Assembly: GCF_001949145.1 (NCBI RefSeq)
Contig: NW_019091355.1
Span: forward strand, 3,826,646 to 3,890,645
DNA from: Acanthaster planci
Lineage: Eukaryota
Length of the DNA stretch: 64,000 nt
Direction: 5' to 3'
Shown here: piece after piece, positions 48,714 to 64,000 of the stretch
How positions within the stretch are numbered: the first letter of the stretch is position 1
Layout of the letters: the number at the start of each line of letters is the position of its first letter
Program-made: the position numbers and the translations under genes
Notes under the pieces: generated by a model
Databases searched by the model: none
Told to the model about the DNA's origin: nothing
What the model saw: only the letters and a program-made list of their open reading frames with translations

Positions 48714-48755
48714 AAACCAAACCAAACCAAACCAAACCAAACCAAACCAAACCAA
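48714..48755. repeat. (AAACC)8 microsatellite
   Basis: Directly visible. Confidence 0.9.
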
Positions 48756-48959
48756 CCCCCCCCAAAAAAACCTTTTGGGTAACAAGCCTGAGAGTCGTAT
48801 TATGACATAATCAAAACACTAGATTTGTTTGCCGCCCTCATACGTCCTCATCGTTTTTACTCTGAACATTCTCGTGGTGGCACTGAACTCCCAAAATGGC
48901 GATTTTTTAATAAATGCTGCCACGGTATCGGTAACAATGACTAATTCGCTGTTAACTAG

Positions 48960-50785
48960 TTTAATTTTTAATCAACAGACCCACTAGACTACCAACACTT
49001 TTCGGCCACTCTAATAGACAATATTTTGTCAAATATATTACCAACTCTAAAATCTGTAATTGTACTATCAGATTTATGTGACCATTTTCCCATATTTACT
49101 TCTTTACATCTGCCAAAACTGCTTAACCCCTGGTAAGATTATTCTCCTGAAAATCTCTTGAATTTAAAATAAGGACTAAATTCTAGTGATTGGAGCTCCG
49201 TATTCAATGCACCGGACATCAATTTAGCTTTCATTAACTTCATGAACATTTTTAATGCGAATCTTGATAAATGATTTCCATTAAAGCCAAGAAAAAGTGA
49301 ATCAAAGCAAACGTATTCCTTAATTATCCTGGGTCACCATCAGCCTGTGTAAATCTATCTCTCACCAAAACAACCTTTACCATAGATATACCTCTGACCC
49401 CACTGCCCTAAACCGTTCTGAATGTGTACGCGACAAAAACATGTTAACAACTGTGCTTCGTAATGCTAAACGAAATAACTATTAACCAATTTAGTACCCA
49501 ACAGGGTAATATCAAAAACACATGGAAAATTATCAATAACTAACCTAATTTAAAACCAGCCAGCACCCTACAATTACATCAACTGAAACTGCAGGCAAGT
49601 CTGTTAATAATCCATAATAATAGTAAATTACTCAAATAGAGGGATTTTACATTAGCGCGTATCGGCATCGAAACCGAGTGCAGTATACCCTTCGTATGTG
49701 TGACGCTACTTCAGTTTAAACCACGCCCCCTGCACATGGCGGTACACGACCATCGCAGGTACGTTAGTTCGCGGTCAATTGTCGTTATTTTTCTTTTGAT
49801 TTTACGGGTCGAGTCATCCTGAAAGACTCTTCCACAAAAACTTGCAGCTTAAAAAGTCTGAATTTAACATACCTTTATGTATTTGGTGTCTTGACTCCTT
49901 ACTTCCAATCGTCTGATCGTATTAAGAATTGAAGCTGACGTACACAGCCTCGTTTTCGAACGGGAAGTGCGCAGATCGACGCCTAAAGCTTTGTATTGGG
50001 ATCCCTCTATAATTACTTTTCTTCTGTCTACGACATAATTCCTCCCAATATACTCAACAAATCCCGACCAAAATACTTGAACTGCCCTTTTCTCCCAAGC
50101 TACAGAAGGAGAAATCATTAATGTAGTTAGTAAATTACCTAATAAAAGGTGTACGAGTTGATGAAATTGGTTGCATATTGTTGAAGACTGTGGTCCATGC
50201 TGTCTCTCTGCCTTATTTGTCATTAATTTATCTTTCTCTACTGGTGTAGAACCTGAGGATACGAAAATTGCGAGAGTCACCCAAATCTTGAAGAATGGTA
50301 CTCTTTTCTCTTTTTAATAATTATACACACCAATTTATATCTTTTTAAAACGTCCTAGAACATATGATTTATAAGCGTAAAGTAACACAATTTCAAATAA
50401 TCAATCTGGATTTTGAGAGAACCATTCCACTTCGCATACCATAATTAAGCTACTCGACAAAATAACGATTGATTTGGGCTTATCAGTCTCTACTATATTG
50501 GTATATTTCTAGACATCTCCAAGGCCTTTAAAACTGTTAACCATGACATACTTCTGTTTAAATTAGATTATTATAGCATTATGGCAGAGGAATTGCGTTG
50601 GAGTGATTTGGGAGCTACCTTTGTAATCGAAAAGAATTTGTCAAGGTAAATGAAACTCCTCTTTCTCTTGTAACATCTCATTTGGTATACCTTGGGGATC
50701 CATACTAGGGCCCCTACTAGTCAGTGTGCATGTTAATGATCTTGAAAATTCTCCGTTCCTCCTTTTTGCCGTTGACTGTAAAACT
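48960..50785 (+). mobile_element. Decayed LINE (CR1/L2/Crack-like) endonuclease-RT remnant
   Basis: Frameshifted motifs in the expected order: INRPTR, SATLIDNI, SDLCDHFPIF, GNIKNTWKIIN, INLSFSTGV..KIARV, NQSGF..NHST, GIFLDISKAFKTVNHDILLFKL, GIPWGSILGPLL..VNDL, LFAVD (from FADD). Confidence 0.88.
49638..50008. mobile_element. MITE nested in the LINE remnant
   Basis: AT|AGAGGGAT...ATCCCTCT|AT; removing it with one AT restores the LINE reading N-N-Y-F-S-S-V. Confidence 0.65.
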
Positions 50786-51120
50786 GTTTAATATAGTAAC
50801 TGACATGTCCCAGTCAGGATCGGGGCGGCGGACGACATTTTTGGTTCAAACGAGAAGCCACTATACGCATATATGACATATTGAATCCAGTAACAGAAAA
50901 AGAGGTGACCAAAATCCAGAATAATGTAATGGTGTGGCATACGAGGAACGGTTTCGGTAGATTAATCGCCAGATTGCATATTTTTCTTCACGACACTGAG
51001 CCATCCGAGACTGTAAACCGCAAGCGATGACAGTCCCTTGGTTGTGGATTTGTCCCGTTTGTTGATGCTGAGCCCTTTAAACTCGTCATTTTCTTTTGTT
51101 TGTTTAGGGGGAGCGGCTGA

Positions 51121-60641
<9,521 letters not shown>

Positions 60642-61659
60642 ATCTGTTGAAGTTTGTTCATTTGTTGGGAGAGGAACCTCGAAACTCTAAACAATGATCA
60701 AGTCGACTTCCTTCTACGCCTTCCTTTCTATTGTATCGGCAGTATCAAAAGTGGAAAAAAGTATACACTTATGATAATTTACTCTTATGACATCATCATT
60801 GGGCTCCAGGGGCCATATGGCGGAACAGTGAAACATGAATTATGCAGTACTTGCTTTTTGTGCGGGCACGACGGGCACGCATTTTGTATATATTCAGAAA
60901 TGCATAAACATGTACATATTCACAACGAGTCTTCGTTTGATTCAACTTTGTGACAGAATATAAAATCGAAGCACAAACAGTGCCTCTACAAATGATTTGT
61001 TTATTTGTTTACATCTCTAAGAAGGGGCTAATTCTTTTGTCAGCCAGTACTAGGGCCTGTGTTTTCAGTAATCCTCGTAAGTAAAGATAGGCCTACATGT
61101 TGTGCGGAGTGGTTTCTGTCCTTTATTAGATGAATAAAATAAAATGCCGATATCATATTCTGCAGGGCTCCACAGTCCCTCTCTTTTAATTTCGATGCGA
61201 TTCAGCCACGTACAGTTATTTAAATTAAATAAGATGCCTATGGAGGGTTTATGGGGGGGGGCTTTCAACCTTTGGACGTATGCCCCTTGTTGAATAAAAA
61301 ATAATAGAAAAGAAATAAAGTTAAAATATTAATAAAATGGCAATGAGCAACGAAGTTGACCCCGCCCCACCCCCGGGATTTTCACTTGTTGAGCGCTATT
61401 TTGAGACCTCATGTTATGTTTAATAACACCACCAAAAGTTGACCCCTTATTTCGGAAAGTCTAAAACACGTTAAGCCCAATGTAACTCGGTGTTCTCGTA
61501 TGCATATGAACGGTGTTAATCGATTTTTCTCATGGCCTTTTGGTAAAAGCTAAAATAACAAGGCATAAAAACATTCAAGCATTTTACAATGTACAAGGAA
61601 ATAAACGTAAAGGACTAATCTGTGTTTAGAGGATTCTAAAGTTTAATGTAACCTTAATT

Positions 61660-62680
61660 TGCTCAAAAGAACGGTGCCGGCCGACTCGACTGAGTCTAGA
61701 CCTCATCCAACTGCAGGTGGGTAAATCTTTACAACCTTGTGCAATCTCGTTTTCACTCAAATCTGGCAGAGCTGTGAAGTGCATTTACCAGCAGTATGCT
61801 ATTTTCGTCAGGTCATCCTGACCAGGTTAGAATTTCCAGGGAAAACATAACTCGCTGGGGAAAGTCGACATAAATAGAACACTCTCATTTTTGCCTACAA
61901 CTTGTAAAGGCGGCCAGAGTTTGCAGAAATACCACCTTCATTTTGGTTGTCAGTGTACCTCAAATTGTTGTATTCACATTTAGTATGTGGTAGCACGTGT
62001 ATAATTATCTAGTGTTTTGATAGCTACAAGGGATTTTTAACTCAGTGAATTATATCTTATTTTGTACCGACAGCCAACTATAGTTTTAGCAGCATCTTTT
62101 AGGAAAAAAAACGACTGTGACGTTAAAAGAGCAGGCCCTGTAAGGTCTAAGGCCTAAAATGTGGCCTCAGTGGAGGATTCCGTCAGAGGCATGAAAACTA
62201 GTCTCCTTTAAAGACTGGCAATAAAACCACTTTCCAATTGGAAAGTGTATGGTGTATCCTCAGACAGAGCGTGTAGTGAAAAAAAGTTGACAAGTTGGCC
62301 AAAATGACTACCCTTTCTGAACTGCGCAGCGAAGGTCTAAGGATGTGTCCAAATCTCTTGGCTACGGCCGGCAATTACGCACGAGTCTATGGTAGTGGCC
62401 GCGGCCAGTTCCCATTGAGTTGTGTGTAAATTCCGGTCGTAGCCAAAACGTGATTCGGACACGGCCTTGTTGGACAATAAAATCCACAATATCCAAACGT
62501 TAATCTTTCGGGTTTTTTCCCAGCCATAATTTCCTCTGTGCCCCAAATTATTGTAGGTCCTACATTTGGTTGACTGAAGTGCATTAATCTCGGGTAATTT
62601 ACGAACTACCCATTGGCTGTGGAAAACTACACCTTTTGAGGGGAGGTGGAAAGCACCTGTTCATTTTTGTTCTGCAGATT
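61660..62680. repeat. Dispersed repeat with inverted homologs at 47225-47760 and 55170-55260
   Basis: Reverse complement of 61681-61756 resembles GTGAAAACGAGACTGTACAACGTTGCAAAGATTTACCTACCTGCAG at 55172. Confidence 0.7.
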
Positions 62681-64000
62681 ATCCCGCGTGTGTTCGTTCA
62701 TTCAGAAATGCGCTGTACTGAGTCCATGGTTTTGTGCAATACATTGTGCAACTTGAATTGTCAATTCGTCGTGTGATGTTGTTAATCCCTTGTGTCTTGT
62801 TGTCAGACTATTACGCGATGTTCTCGTTGTGTAGTCCAGGCATTATTCGCGTATAGCCAATGCATTACGTGGCGAGCTATCCCTTTACATAGCAGGTGCC
62901 GAATCATATGATGCAGTGAATCTGTTATGTTGTGTTGCCAGCCAATTACATGCATGTGGAATGGTTAAAGCATTACGCTGGCTCTCTACTTGTGTTGTGG
63001 AGCTATCCTGGCATGGGTTTCCATGGCAACATTTGGGCAATACCCCACTGAAAACAGTGGGGTATGGCCCAAATGTTACCATGCAGTGCACTGGCAGGAT
63101 GGCGCCCAGCTTGAATAATTTGGGTTGGCTAATCTGTTGCTCTGAAGTCTGATAGCAATGTCAGAGGGTGGAGAGCCAAGTGACGTAACACTCATGGAAA
63201 GCTATGATTGGTTGCACGTTGTCCAAGCGTTGTGCACACTTACAAACAGTGCGCATGCATATGTATGTTCATGGCGCTCATTACCAAAGTGCGCATGCGC
63301 AAGAGTTGCACTTAACAACAGCATAGAAACATGCTATGTCTGACTTTGCGCGCTCTGATTGCAAGATGAGGCGTCGTCTTTGTCAATAGAGTTCCAGGAA
63401 ACCGAGCACAAATAATTGAATTTTTCATGACAAATCCAAATGATATTAATCACTTCATTTTTCAGTGGCGTTGATTTTGTAAGCTGCCTAAAAATGTAAT
63501 GAAAAATGTGGTTTTAAATAACCCCAAAATTTTTTATTTTTCACAAGAAAAAATTGAGTGTTGCCAAATTTGATTACTATCTATTTAAAATGAGTTTTCC
63601 TGGTCATAAAAGCTAGATACATATAAAGTAGAAGACTGTCTTTATCGATTGCACGCAAAAATTGGGAATCTGCCGGATAAAATTGTTGCAAAATGAAATT
63701 GAATTTGAAACAAATTTTCGCGCCAAATTGTGTGAATCCAGACATTTTATAGTGGAAAAATCCGTCTCATTTCTAATGTAAAATTATCTTTCTGTACCAG
63801 TAAAACTTAATTGCTAGAGTCAGGAGTTATTGCTTTGTCGAACTTTTGACATAAAATAGGATACCTTTGCACCATATACTCTTGTAAGGGCAGACTTTTG
63901 AGTAACATTCTTGCAGCGGGGAGTCACCGGTTAAGTGTAGTCGTGTATGCACGGTTACATTTTGTACACATGACATGTACATGTACATGTTTACGTTTAT

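Noticed and set aside
49864..50280. 138-aa minus-strand ORF
   Set aside because: Antisense to LINE/MITE sequence and spans their junction.

Overview
Intron-rich animal genomic DNA with five assembly gaps; the repeat types suggest a marine invertebrate. Four minus-strand genes are supported: (1) the first coding exon of PTEN (9801-9888), followed by a U12-type intron for which no second exon was found in the window; (2) a complete 12-exon KLHL2/KLHL3/kelch BTB-BACK-kelch gene (~31025-17002, ~589 aa); (3) an intact 6-exon UBE2D/UbcH5 E2 gene (45158-36426); (4) an intact but strongly diverged tandem UBE2D paralog (60641-51121). Introns and intergenic DNA hold hAT-, Harbinger- and piggyBac-type MITEs, tRNA-derived SINEs, a decayed LINE and tandem repeats. 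Two observations stand out. The kelch UGA-C stop is followed by a 30-codon in-frame extension with coding-like codon usage and a stem, a candidate for stop-codon readthrough as known for Drosophila kelch. The UBE2D duplicate has an exon more diverged than its adjacent intron, with substitutions in the HPN motif and at donor-ubiquitin contact positions. All counts were made by eye; no database searches were run.
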